A stretch of 64,000 nucleotides of DNA, from positions 14,508,001 to 14,572,000 of the forward strand of contig NC_043020.1 in assembly GCF_006345805.1 (NCBI RefSeq), in the 5' to 3' direction. This document shows positions 25,551-38,712 of the stretch, piece after piece. Position 1 is the first letter of the stretch. Each line of letters begins with the position of its first letter. The position numbers and the translations under genes are program-made. The DNA comes from Octopus sinensis (taxonomy: Eukaryota). The notes under the pieces were generated by a model, which saw only the letters and a list, made by a program, of their open reading frames with translations, was not told the DNA's origin and did no database searches.

Positions 25551-25845
25551 AATATTAGGGAGTATAACTCCAAACTTACAGAGAAAAATTCAATTTAGTA
25601 TTAAACAAAATTTCACAATATAAATATATAATATATAAATTAGAGAAAAACCACACTTATGCAATTCAAACAGTGATAGACACAAACCAAATCATAAATC
25701 ACGAAAAGTACAAATATTGTTTATTCTTTTTTGTACATTTTGTGATCTAGTTATATGTTTTAAAATATATTGTATTTTTTATTTATGATTTGGTTTATGT
25801 CTATCATTGTTTGAATTGCATAATAGTGGTTTTTCTCTAATTTAT
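25551..25845. repeat. Older palindromic remnant related to the 26341-29370 termini
   Basis: Inverted arms ~25637-25700 and ~25779-25843; 25551-25620 resembles the reverse complement of 29290-29370. Confidence 0.55.
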
Positions 25846-25857
25846 ATATATATATAT

Positions 25858-26197
25858 CTTTTACTTGTTTCAGTCATTTGACTGTGGCCATGGTGGAGCA
25901 CCGCCTTTAGTCGAGCAAATCGACCTGGGGACTTATTCTTTGTAAGCTTAGTACTTATTCTATCGGTACATTTTGCCGAACCACTAAGTTACGGGGACGT
26001 AAACACACCAGCATCGGTTGTCAAGCGATGTTGTGGGGACAACCACAAACACACACACACACATATATATACATATCTACGACAGGCTTCTTTCAGTTTC
26101 CATCTACCAAATCCACTCACAAGGCTTTGGTTGGCCCGAGGCTATAGTAGAAGACACTTGCCCAAGGTGCCACGCAGTAGGAATGAACCCAGAACCA
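25858..26197 (-). mobile_element. SINE family A
   Basis: Colinear with the other family A copies. Confidence 0.88.
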
Positions 26198-26207
26198 TTC
26201 CTTCACC

Positions 26208-26347
<140 letters not shown>

Positions 26348-26438
26348 ATATTATTAGAGACAAAACCACTATTTTGCAGAACAAACAAGGAAAGACTTAA
26401 TCAATACATAAAATTTTAATAAAAAGTCAAAAAAACCG

Positions 26439-26481
26439 CCACTACAATTGTTTCTTGTCCTGATCGACAATCTTCAGGTGG
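26439..26481 (-). ncRNA. Minimal type I hammerhead ribozyme, Penelope-like
   Basis: CCAC-CTGAAGA-TTGTC gatcag GACAA-GAAA-CAATTG-TA-GTGG; palindromic helix III ACAAUUGU. Confidence 0.75.
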
Positions 26482-26880
26482 ACTTCCAATCTAAAATATC
26501 AATATTTTAAAATATAAAAATAATAATTTTAAAATAATTAAAGTATTAATGAAAAAATATAAATATATAATCTATATATAACCTATATATAATCCATATA
26601 TAATCAATATATAAACAATATATAAACTAAAATAAACCTATCAACAATTAAATATAAAATATAAAACAAAACAAAAAATAAACTATATATACACCCATAC
26701 ACATATAACTAATTATATATAACCATATCTAAATACATACACTAAATCACACACCTATATATATATATATCCCTATACATACACATAAAAACGTCTAGGC
26801 AACGATAAATAAATAAAATAGCCAAATACTTCAACACAATACTTATTCATACTCCCTCACACACACATATACAACCCACA

Positions 26881-29174
26881 TTCCCGCTCTAGAAACGAAC
26901 ATCATTTAAAATTATGAATGGAGAAATGGAATAAATGGAATAAATGGAATTAAAAATTATATTCACTTGGTAAAACGAACATTACTTAAAAATGATGAAT
27001 GAAATAATGTAATAAAATAACAGACATCGTAAATAGACATAAATTACTACGAATTCTTTAATAAAACTACCATGATAAACTAAAACTCATAAAAACATAT
27101 AATGATAAAATCTCCCTTTACTAAACTCTATAACCTACCTATATAGCAATCCCCCTAACCTAAACATTCACACACAAATACACACACGTAAACCACACAC
27201 CCACGACATATACAAATACCCACCTCACTCACACATACCTATACATACATATAAACCTCAATATATACTCCAAAAACCCACTCAACCCCACACAGATAAA
27301 TAAACACATACATCCCCAAACCTATATAGCAAACCCATAAACACATTCACACACAAATATACATACGTAAAACACACACCATATACATATACATACTCAC
27401 TAAACTCGATATATACAACAATATTAACACACCCACACTCATACAGATAAATAAATTATACAACTAAAATACGCACACACTCACACACAATCTCACATAC
27501 ATAAACACTCCAAAGAAAAACAACATTATTACACATAATACGATATATAAAATACATCGTAAGTAACCAGAATATCAAAAATAACAATATGACATAAGGA
27601 GGAATAATATACATACTTTCAAGTCAGTTTCAAATTATGAAGTGAAATTAAATTCTAAGCCGTTAAAAACATCAAACCAAAATTACGTTACCATAGGAAC
27701 ATAACTTATGTATAAAAAGAATACGCGCTATGGAAGCAAACGTCATTTAAAATTATGAATGGAGAAATAGAATAAATGGAATTAAAAATTATATTCACGC
27801 GGTAAACTAACATTATTTAAAAAAATTATGAATGGATTCTTTAATAAAACTACCATGATAAATTAAAACTCATAAAAACATAAATGATAAAACCTCCCTT
27901 TACTAAACCCTATAACATACTTATATAGCAATCCCTTTAACCTATACATTCACACACAAATACACACACGTAAACCACACACCCATAGCAAATACAAATA
28001 CCCACCTCATTCACACATACCTATAAGTACATATAAGCCTCAACATATACACCAAACAAAATTACGTTACCAAGGAACCTAACATATGTATAAAAAGTAT
28101 TCCCGCTCTAGAAACGAACATCTTTTAAAATTATGAATGGAGAAATGGAATAAATGGAATTAAAAATAATATTCACGTGGTAAAACGAACATTACTTAAA
28201 AATTATGAATGAAATAATGTAATAAAATAACAAACATCGTAAATAGACAAATTACTACGAATTCTTTAATAAAACTACCATGATAAACTAAAACTCATAA
28301 AAACATATAATGATAAAATCTCCCTTTGCTAAACTCTATAACAAACCTATATAGCAATCCCCCTAACCTAAACATTCACACACAATACACACACGTAAAC
28401 CACAGACCCACGACTTATACAAATACCCACCTCACTCACACATACCTATACTAACGTATAAACCTCAATATACACCAAAAACCACTCCCTCCCCACACAG
28501 ATAAATTAACACATACATCCCCAAACCTATATAACAAACCCATATACACATTCACACACAAATATACATACGTAAAACACACACACACAACATATACATA
28601 TACTCCCTCACATATACGCATATACATACTCACTACACTCGATATATACAACAATATTTACACACCCACACTCATACAGATAAATAAATTATACAACTAA
28701 AATACGCACACACTCACACACAATCTCACATACATAAACACTCCAAAGAAAAACAACATTATTACACATAATACGATATATAAAATACATCGTAATTAAC
28801 CAGAATATCAAAAATAACAATATGACATAAGGAGAAATAATATACATACTTTCAAGTCAGTTTCAAATAATGAAGTGAAATTAAATTCTAAGCCGTTAAA
28901 AAAATCAAACCAAAATTACGTTACCATAGGAACATAACTTATGTATAAAAAAAATACGCGCTATGGAAGCAAACGTCATTTAAAATTATGAATGGAGAAA
29001 TAGAATAAATGGAATTAAAAATTATATTCACGCGGTAAACTAACATTATTTAAAAAAATTATGAATGGATTCTTTAATAAAACTACCATGATAAAATAAA
29101 ACTCATAAAAACATAAATGATAAAACCTCCCTTTACTAAACCCTATAACATACTTATATAACAATCCCTTTAAC
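26881..29174. repeat. Higher-order tandem repeat, 1219-bp period (~1.9 copies)
   Basis: ttcccgctctagaaacgaacatc at 26881 and 28100; each unit contains two related sub-blocks. Confidence 0.85.
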
Positions 29175-29508
29175 CAATTGTAGTGGCGGTTTTTTTGACT
29201 TTTTATTAAAATTTTATGTATTGATTAAGTCTTTCCTTGTTTGTTTTGCAAAATAGTGGTTTTGTCTCTAATAATATTATATAATATTTTACTATAAAAT
29301 TGGATTTAATCCTAAATCTGATTTTTTCCCTGTAAATTTGGATTTATTCCCTAATATTTATTATATTATATATATATATTTATATATATATATATTTATA
29401 TATGTATATATATATATGTGTATATATATATATGTGTGTGTGTATATATATATATATATACTTTATTTAAAGCAGCAGAAAATTCAACAAAACAGGTTTT
29501 GTTGAATT

Positions 29509-31426
29509 GGTTAATATAGGGCGTAACAAATATCAGAAAATCAAAAAAAAAATGTGTGTAATAGGTGTAAAACAACTTCCTATGAACGAATATGAAAAAA
29601 AAAATTCGCGCACGCGAAAGGGGGGTGGGGGAGAGGCCTCGGAAAATTCACATCGGGAAGTTCCGAAAGCGTCTGAGGGGCTGACCCGGGCACCAAAACA
29701 AAAAAAAAATAGTGTAATATGTGTAAAACAACTTGCTCTAAACGAATATGACAAAAAAAATGCGCTCTCGCGAAAGAGGGGTGGGGGAGAGGCCTCGGAA
29801 TATTTATATCGGGAATTTCCGAAAGCGTCTGAACCGGGCACAAAAACAAAAACAAAAACAGCGTAATAGGTGTAAAACAACTTGCTCTAAACGACTATCA
29901 TGAAAAAAATGCGCGCTCGCGAAAGGGGGGTGGGGGAGAGGCTTCGGAAATTTCCCATCTTCAGTCCACGGCCTTTAAACTAAGAAAAAATAGTGTAATT
30001 GGTGTAAAACTACTTGTTCTAAACGAGTATCAAGAACACACACTCACACATGAATCATAAACTCCGTATTTCGCAAAAAAAAAAAAAATAAAGAGAAGAA
30101 ATTCTGGAAAAAGTGAAGAAATGTTGGATCTCATTCCTTGGTTAAAGCTATTTTAAACATTAAATTTATGCTTTTCTTTGAAATAGTTCAGATATATGCA
30201 ATTCTTCTCACTTATTAAGATGCATTTATCAGAAAAAAAGAGACAGAAAAAATTATTATTTTGTGTCAATCCTTCCCTAATTATCCTTTATTAATTAGTT
30301 TTGGCGTGTATTTTTTTCCCAAATTTATTTTTTCACCTTTACAACACTGTTTAGTAAAGCAATTAATTATCTTTATAATTTGCATATTTGACTTATTAAT
30401 CAAAATTCTCTAGATGTAATATATACTAAGTAATGCATCCTTCATTTATGTGTTCCGTTCTGTATTATGCATGCGTGACTGTTTGTATGTAAGTGTGTTT
30501 AACTGTGCACATGAATGTGAATATTAAAGAACATATTTATTTACTATGATTGTTATTTTCAGAACAAATAAATCTTTTGGCTGTTATGTTATTGATGTTA
30601 TTATTATTGCTAGTTAAAGGGTGGTGACTTGGCTGAATATTTTGAGTCTTGTAGTATGTAGTTGTGTTAGTCAATATTCTGAGTTCAAATCCAACTCATT
30701 TCTTTATCATCATTATCGATGGACCACTCAAAGAGGTATGTATACATTATCATTTTCGTAACATAATTTCTGTAGTATTTCAAGATGTTTCTGACACGTA
30801 TTTTGATTCACATGGCGGAGATCCAACATTTCTTCACTTTTTCCAGAATTTCTTCTCTTTATTTTTTTTTTTGCGAAATACGGAGTTTATGATTCATGTG
30901 TGAGTGTGTGTTCTTGATACTCGTTTAGAACAAGTAGTTTTACACCAATTACACTATTTTTTCTTAGTTTAAAGGCCGTGGACTGAAGATGGGAAATTTC
31001 CGAAGCCTCTCCCCCACCCCCCTTTCGCGAGCGCGCATTTTTTTCATGATAGTCGTTTAGAGCAAGTTGTTTTACACCTATTACGCTGTTTTTGTTTTTG
31101 TTTTTGTGCCCGGTTCAGACGCTTTCGGAAATTCCCGATATAAATATTCCGAGGCCTCTCCCCCACCCCTCTTTCTCGAGAGCGCATTTTTTTTGTCATA
31201 TTCGTTTAGAGCAAGTTGTTTTACACATATTACACTATTTTTTTTTTGTTTTGGTGCCTCAGACGCTTTCGGAACTTCCCGATGTGAATTTTCCGAGGCC
31301 TCTCCCCCACCCCCCTTTCGCGTGCGCGAATTTTTTTTTTCATATTCGTTCATAGGAAGTTGTTTTACACCTATTACACACATTTTTTTTTTGATTTTCT
31401 GATATTTGTTACGCCCTATATTAACC
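29509..31426. mobile_element. Foldback-type non-autonomous DNA transposon with ~620-bp internally repetitive TIRs
   Basis: TIRs 29509-30132 and 30818-31426; termini GGTTAATATAGGGCG...CGCCCTATATTAACC; GAATT duplicated at 29504-29508 and 31427-31431. Confidence 0.88.
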
Positions 31427-31521
31427 GAATTTTCTGCTGCTTTAGATAAAGCATATTACTCTACCACTGGTATTTGAGTACTCTTTTTTCCACCTTGTTT
31501 CACATTTATGTGTTTACTCCG

Positions 31522-31573
<52 letters not shown>

Positions 31574-31747
31574 CATACACTCACTCATACCATAAATCGT
31601 TCGATAACACCAATTCATGAAACTTTAGAGCACGAGTTATGGCAGCGAGTGTCCTCCCTTGTGAAAGTCACTCTCCTGTTAGTAGCGTACACATACGGTG
31701 CAGCAAAGAGACAGCGTTAAGTCGAGATTGTGTCAAGATTGTTCGCG

Positions 31748-31848
31748 ATGCCGAAAGATATTGCAGCTTATTTGGACGAACAGCAAAAAATTAGTTCCGG
31801 ACAGATAACACATAAATGGACCGAACTAGAGGAACTTTACAACAAAAA
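31748..31848 (+). CDS. PSMD13: PSMD13 exon 1
   Basis: MPKDIAAYLDEQQKISSGQITHKWTELEELYNK; |gtaaat donor. Confidence 0.95.
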
Positions 31849-33923
31849 GTAAATATCTTCTCGCTTTTCCTTTCATTTAAACCATTCTTTCTTCTTGACA
31901 GCACCTGACGCTTTGTTTCCCTTATGACTCTGCAAATTTCTTGATTTTCTCTTCTTTATTGGTTTTATTTCCAATGTTTCCACAGAATATGTAATTAAGA
32001 TCGCTATTCGTTTTATTAAATATCGTTTTATAAAGCTACTTATATCCCGGTTTAACTGTTTCGGTACTTTTTAGTATGTATAATGATAATTATTATGTGC
32101 TTGATCTGAACCGGAATAAAAGGAGAGGAGGAACAATTAAGGAATAAGAAATGTTGATTTGGTTTACTTTTGACTTCTATAATTGCAAATCTTTCGTTTA
32201 CCTGTTAGTAGAACTGATATCAAGAAGTAAAAAGCTTATTCTGTTGAGAAATTAGGACATTCCAGCTTTTCTCAAGAGGATCAGTGTTATTCATTAAAAC
32301 CAGCAACATTAATTTTGTTCTTGTAATAAATCAAATTTAGACCCAGGCGTGAGTGAGCTCCACTCATCAAAAGCTTTCTTCGAGCAAAGTAAAATAAATA
32401 TTAAATTACATTTTTAGTTTTATTACCCTAATAAATTGATGTTTACATTTTAAAACAAAGCAGATATGTAGTGTATTTTTTTATAAGAAGAAAATAAAAT
32501 GCTAATTGACATCACACTCAAGCCGCAGAACTTTTTAAATATCTACAATTTCTCTTTGCTTAAAATGTAAAACAATTATTTTCTCTAAACCAAGGAAAAG
32601 TTTCCAGTTACCAGGTATTTGTGAAATGTATATAAATGTATTTTTAAAGGGTTTCACGCCTTAAAATTGGCGTGAAATGGGTTTAATGAGAATTGAAACC
32701 TGGTTGTAGACTTTGGTCTTCTGCTGCTTTTGTTTACCGTTGTCGCTGCTAAGTACTGATTAAATTTATATCGGATGCCGTCTACCTGATAATTAGTTAC
32801 AGCATTAAACATCCAAAGTATTTTCAGAACCTGAAAATAACACTAGTATATGACTAATACTTTTTCCATCACGAAGTATCTGTGAATTCCGGTGTGAACA
32901 GGGTTTGTCTACCAACGCTACAGTTTATTTACATCCCTTTACGCAAAAACAAAATGTGTAAAAAAAATAACCATTAAATAAAAATTGATAAAATAAACAT
33001 CAGACTGGAAAAAAAATACTTGATTGATAAGATGGCTAAGATCCACTGAAGTCAGTGCCCCATCCTAACCACAGTCTAATGATTGAAACCAGCACAAGAA
33101 CACGTTTTACCTTTTCTTTGAAGATTCATCAGTGTAATAGTTTCTTTGTGATTTGCTGTCTATTGTTGGCAGTTTGTTAGCTCTCTTGTAAAATTTGACT
33201 TTGAAATGTAAGCTAGTCTGCAAGAGAGGGTAAACTGGTTCTCTTTCACACTTTTCACAAAATCTTCAAATTAGATTACAAGGGTATGTCTACGTGGTGG
33301 TTCAGACTACTAGAAACAGAAGCCAAACCTTCCCTCATATCACACAAATTAACATCTGAGAAAAGGAGGAGACATTGGATAATGTCCTCTAATGGTGCAT
33401 TGTGCCTTGGTAGATAATGAGGTGATTGTAACTGAAAGGATAGGATTCTTTCAGTTTCTGTCTACCAAATCCACTCACAAGGCTTTGGTCAGCCCAAGGC
33501 TGTAGAAGACACTTACCCAAGGTGTCACACAGGGGGACTGAAACCCGAACCAACTTCTCACCACACAGCTATGCCTGTGCCTGTTACATTAAAGGTTTCA
33601 GTTTTTAAAAAATTTCATTCTGTAGTTAAGGTTGGTGAATAACACTCAAACACAAGTGGAATAATATCATAGATTAATTCAGTGTCCCACTGTTTTGTGT
33701 TTGAATCCTGGTAGAGTCAGTTACCTCTAACCCTTCTGTCATCAATAAGTTGCAGTAACAAAAAAATGTTGCCAATTTAGTCAACCATATTCTTGTAAGA
33801 CTGACATTATACTGTGTAAGGGGGAAAAAAAATTATATTCAATGCTTCTATATCAACACATATTTGTATATAAATGTCTGTTTATACTAAATAACATGTT
33901 TTTTTGTTTTTTTAATTTGTCAG

Positions 33924-34002
33924 ATTATGGCATCAACTCACTTTGAAGCTGCAGGACTTTGTAAAAGAACCTATATTTAGCAGTGGAGATGGTTTAATCA
34001 AA
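33924..34002 (+). CDS. PSMD13: PSMD13 exon 2
   Basis: [26 protein letters not shown]; 79 nt. Confidence 0.97.
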
Positions 34003-34053
34003 GTAAGAAACTTTATTTCTTTTAATATATAACACTTTTTGATTCTACCTGTT

Positions 34054-34406
34054 GCCGTGGTGATCTCATTCTTGCTCACAACATCATAAGCGGAAAGTGT
34101 AACCTCTCAAAAGAGCTGTTCTTCACTCCTGCTCCAGAGCGTCGGCTGCGGGGTCATTCCGAAAAGCTCTATCTGCAACGATTTCATCTCAATCGAAGGA
34201 GAGGGGCTTTCTCCATCTGGGCTGCGGATCCGTGGAATGAGCTGCCGGACGAGATAGTGAAGATGCTGACAATTGCTCGGTTCAAAGTCTCTCTTGACCA
34301 GAAATGGCCTGAACTCTTTGCATGAACACCCTCCCTGTACATAACTCCATGTCCCCCTACATGGCCTTGCTTTTTGCTTTTTGAGCCAAAAAATTAACTT
34401 AACTTA
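34054..34406 (+). mobile_element. CR1 LINE 3' end, same family as 5230-5813
   Basis: RRGDLILAHNIISGKCNLSKELFFTPAPERRLRGHSEKLYLQRFHLNRRRGAF; (TTAAC)n tail. Confidence 0.92.
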
Positions 34407-34557
34407 AATATTATAAGTTGTATGGCTTATGTGCTTTTCCATATGGAAGTAATAAATATTGAATGATTTCTCCTCAAATAAGCTAATTATGGAAAATTAC
34501 ATCATCTCCCCTATACAAGTTATGGACTTGGTATTGACGATCATTTTGTCTTTTATT

Positions 34558-34922
34558 ATTTACTTGTTTCAGTCATTAGACTGGCCATGCTGGGGCACTG
34601 CCTTGAAGAATTTTTAAGCGAATGGATTGCTTTTTTTATATATAAGCCTAGCACTCATTCTGTCAGTCTCCTTTGCTGAACTGCTAACTTATGGATATGT
34701 ATACTCAACATCACAGGCAGTGATGCAAAGCACACAGACACTCACACACACATGTACATACAATGAACTTCTTTTAGTTCCCATCTACCAAATCCACTCA
34801 CAAGGCTTTGGTTGGCCCGAAGCTATAGCTGAAGACACCTGCCCAAGGTGTCACGCAGTGGGACTGAACCCAGAACCATGTGATTGGGGAGCAAGCTTTT
34901 TACCACACAGCCACGCCTGCAC
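34558..34922 (-). mobile_element. SINE family A, degenerate
   Basis: Colinear with the other family A copies. Confidence 0.8.
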
Positions 34923-35721
34923 ATAGTCTGTTTAATAAATTATTTCTATTCTTGCTCTTAAAAGAATGTTTTGAAGAACCTTCATCCATTAATGTGCCAA
35001 AGCTATCCCAACTCCATCCTTGCAAGAAAATCATTGTAGAATGACCTGTTTCCACACGTGTTACACTGAATAAGAGGATCCTGGGAATAATGTTTGTTAT
35101 ATATTTTTCTTTCTAATACCAAATTTAAGAATTATATTTCAGTTAAACCTTGTAGTTATTATGGTTAACCATTTTCATTATATCTTCAGTTTTGTTCCAT
35201 AGTTTCAACTGGTGGAAAGCTTAACAATTGTACATATATGACAACTATTTCATGTACTTTATTATGAGAATTGCTACATTTTAACAGTTGAATAATTTTT
35301 TAAAAATTTGTTGCTAAAATATTAAAAGGAAGCAAGTTCAACTTATTACCATCTCGTGATCCAATACAAAGGTTTTGAAAACACTCCATTCCAGCATCAT
35401 TTCATTTTGAGGATGGAACTGAAACAATTTTGAAACATTAATGGATTTAGGAATATATTGTAAAACTGAACCTGAAGGACCATTAAAGAGATATGTTAAA
35501 TCTTTAATAAAAAGAAGCATCTAAGCCAAATATGTCTTCAAGACATGTTTGAAAGAGAAACTGTTCCCAATCCAAGCACACACTTACACATTACAAGCTT
35601 CTATATGATCTCCATTTACCAATTTCCACCCACAAGGCATTGGTAAACCTGTGACTAATGCAGAAAATATAGGTGTTATTTACACCCACACCTCTGTTAC
35701 ATAGACATACACTGATTAAAT

Positions 35722-36190
35722 TAACACCCACTTCTCAGTTATCTGTTATATACACTCACTCCTCAGTTATCTGTTATATACACCCACTCCTCAGTTATCT
35801 GTTATATACACCCACTCCTCAGTTCTCTGTTATATACACCCACTCCTCAGTTATGTTATATACACCCACTCCTCAGTTATCTGTTATATACACCCACTCC
35901 TCAGTTATCTGTTATATACACCCACTCCTCAGTTATCTGTTATATACACCCACTCCTCAGTTATCTGTTATATACACCCACTCCTCAGTTATGTTATATA
36001 CACCCACACCTCAGTTATCCGTTATATACACCCACTACTCAGTTATATCTTTTATACACACTCACACCTCTGTTATATAGACCCACACTAATTAAATGTC
36101 ATATACATCCACACCTCACTTATATTTGTCATATACATCCACTCCTCAGTTACATCTGTTATATACACCCACACGTCAGTTCTGTTACAT
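35722..36190. repeat. 28-bp minisatellite (atatacacccactcctcagttatctgtt)n with 26-bp variants
   Basis: About 11 clean units followed by degenerate units. Confidence 0.92.
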
Positions 36191-36235
36191 GTTTGATATT
36201 CAGTGTGATTAATGATATTTGATTTTCTATTGCAG

Positions 36236-36270
36236 TTATATGAAAACTTTATATCAGATTTTGAGCATAG
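36236..36270 (+). CDS. PSMD13: PSMD13 exon 3
   Basis: LYENFISDFEH(R); 35 nt; ttgcag| acceptor, |gtgagt donor. Confidence 0.96.
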
Positions 36271-36481
36271 GTGAGTTTTTTTGTTTTTTTTTGTCAATTG
36301 TTTTATTTATTTCATTAGCAGCTGATGCTGTGATGTCTTCATTAGGCTTCGGCAAAGTTCTAATTAAATCTAGTTGCTGTGGACACAGTTCACTGGATCC
36401 TGTCAAACTGTCCAACCCATGCCAGCATGGAAAACGGATGTTAAGTGATGATGAAGATGTATGTCTTCTTGGAGATTGGAA

Positions 36482-36852
36482 TCTCTATATATATAAACGG
36501 CAAAATGTCTGTGTGTGTGTGTGTGTATCCTTTATACAAATCCACAATTTTTCAGTTAGAAGGCATGCACTTTCTATGGTCATTCAAAACCGTCCGAGGG
36601 TGGTCGTGCACATCTTTACATTTCCCCAGTCACCCCACAAAGCCATTAAAAAATCAATAGAAGTGACTTTGTGTGAATTTTCTATCCAAAATCCAATCAA
36701 AATGCCTGTAACTTGATACGCCAATTGAATGCCAGCTAGCTGTATGTGATTGGTTAGAGATTTGGACAGTACTTGCGTGTATGTGCGCACACACGCAGCT
36801 GTATATGCATGCACTAACACTATGACCCGGCGTTGCTGGGTCATAGTGCTAG
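36482..36852 (+). mobile_element. Helitron-like non-autonomous element (family 2)
   Basis: A|TCTCTATATATATAAA start, (GT)n, terminal hairpin ending CTAG|T. Confidence 0.65.
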
Positions 36853-37284
36853 TCTCTAATATTCACAGAACAATGATCGGCTACCTTGTTAGAAATTGCT
36901 GCCAAAACTCCCTCAAATCACTTTCTACTGACTTTAGGTAACATTATCTGATATACAAGAGGATGGTACATCTTTCATCATAGGTTTACGCAATCTAGGT
37001 TTATCCAACACCAAACAACAACAACAACAACAATGATTTTGATCTGCTAGAAAAAGCAGGCAAATGTCTCTCAAATCACATCCCAATAATCAAAAAGACT
37101 GGATGGCTGTAATGAGAAAATATCTTTGAGCTATTTTTCTTGACCTGGAGTTAAACAGCAACTATTAAGTCTGGAGATGTCTAAGCTGACATAATTTCTT
37201 GCTACATGGAGAAGTAACTAACTCAGAAACTATTTTAGTTTCTTTTTACTCTTTAAATCTCTCAATTTTCTTAGAAACAGTCCT

Positions 37285-37535
37285 CATCATCATCATTTAA
37301 CGTCTGTTTTCAATTCTGGCACAGGTTGGATGTTTAACAGGAGATGGCAAGCCAGAAGACTTGCACCAGGCTTCACTGTCTGTTTTGGCACAGTTTTTGC
37401 AGCTGGATGCCCTTCCTAACACCAACCACCTTACAGAATTGATTGAGTGCTTTTTACATGGCACCAGCACTGGTGAAGTCTGTTTTGGCATGGTTTTCAT
37501 GGTTGGATGCCCTTCCTAATGCCAACCACTTTACC
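37285..37535 (-). mobile_element. Family D retroposon
   Basis: (CAT)n tail plus family motif. Confidence 0.75.
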
Positions 37536-37957
37536 AGCAAGCAAAAATCATAAAATTGCATGAATTTGGATGAAATTTTAAGAGTTAAAAGAACTTTGTT
37601 TTTATGTTTAAATATGTGTAATTAACAATATTAATGAATAAACAATTGTATCTATAGAGTTCAAGAGGAGGAGATTGTGTGTCATTTATTCATTTCTTGA
37701 GGGTATTAACAACATAAATGTAATAAACTGGCTATAGCAAGGGATTGAAACTAGATTATAGAACTGTATCTCCTTACATGAACTTATTATATGAAAACAA
37801 AATTGTAATTTCTCACATTGATTGATCTTTGAGATGAATAGAACCGTCTAAACCGGCACAATAATTCAACTTAATAGATATAATCAACCAGTTTACTAAT
37901 TAGTACATTATTATGTTCTTGACCATTGGTAATGTCACACATGGACAAACTCTTTTG

Positions 37958-38352
37958 CTCTTTTACTTGTTTCAGTCATTTGACTGCGGCCATGCTGGAG
38001 CACCGCCTTTAGTCGAGCACATTGACCCCAGAACTTATTCTTTGTAAGCCTAGCACTTATTCTATCGGTCTCTTTTTGCCGAACCACAAAGTTACGGGGA
38101 TGTAAACACACCAGCATCGGTTATCAAGCGATGTTGGGGGGACAGACACAAACACACACACACACATATATATATGTACATATATACGATGGGCTTCTTT
38201 CAGTTTCCGTCTACCAAATCCACTCACAAGGCTTTGGTCGGTCCGAGGCTATAGTAGAAGACACTTGCCCAAGGTGCCACGCAGTGGGACTGAACCCGCA
38301 ACCATGTGGTTGGTAAGCAAGCTACTTACCACACAGCCACTCCTGCGCCTAT
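37958..38352 (-). mobile_element. SINE family A
   Basis: Colinear with the other family A copies. Confidence 0.9.
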
Positions 38353-38656
38353 AAAATTTGATCAAGTGTTTGATCCTATCTCTATACAGTTCTGTCACCA
38401 TATGTAACTGATGGGTTTTAACTGTCTCTCTTATCATACTTCACTATCCAATTGTCTCATTCCGTGTCTCAGTTTCTGACTTCTTCATCTCTCACTTATA
38501 TGCCAATGCCATCACTTTACCTGTCTCCTGTTATAGTTGTCTCACCTGTATGTCATCCTTGTTTATCTTAGCTGCGACTTTTCTTGTTCTGCCCCGGATT
38601 TCTCACATGTTTTGACACAATTCAATATATTCCTGTGTTCAATGTTGTTTTTCTAG

Positions 38657-38712
38657 GATCAATTCTCTGGCTTTGGTTGAGCTTGTAATCCAGGTGGTAA
38701 AACAGATGAGTG
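38657..38712 (+). CDS. PSMD13: PSMD13 exon 4
   Basis: INSLALVELVIQVVKQMS; 56 nt; |gtaagt donor. Confidence 0.93.

Noticed and set aside
25551-25845. A fourth hammerhead-bearing palindrome
   Set aside because: It is related to the element 3 termini but is truncated or decayed, with no CUGANGA core on either strand.
30690-30817. Exon-intron-exon-like signals (gag|gtatgt...tttcaag|) inside the foldback element
   Set aside because: The peptides are too short and unrecognisable, so a captured or transposase gene cannot be supported.
29507-31402. Mirror-image ORFs of 87-119 aa on both strands
   Set aside because: They are translations of the two TIRs of the foldback element and show no transposase motifs.
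35722-36080. CTGAGGA in each minisatellite unit on the minus strand, as a tandem retrozyme
   Set aside because: There is no helix II, GAAA or UH arrangement in the 28-bp unit.
36219-36716. 165-aa ORF
   Set aside because: It is a chance read-through of exon 3 (out of frame), intron, a retroposon tail and a Helitron.
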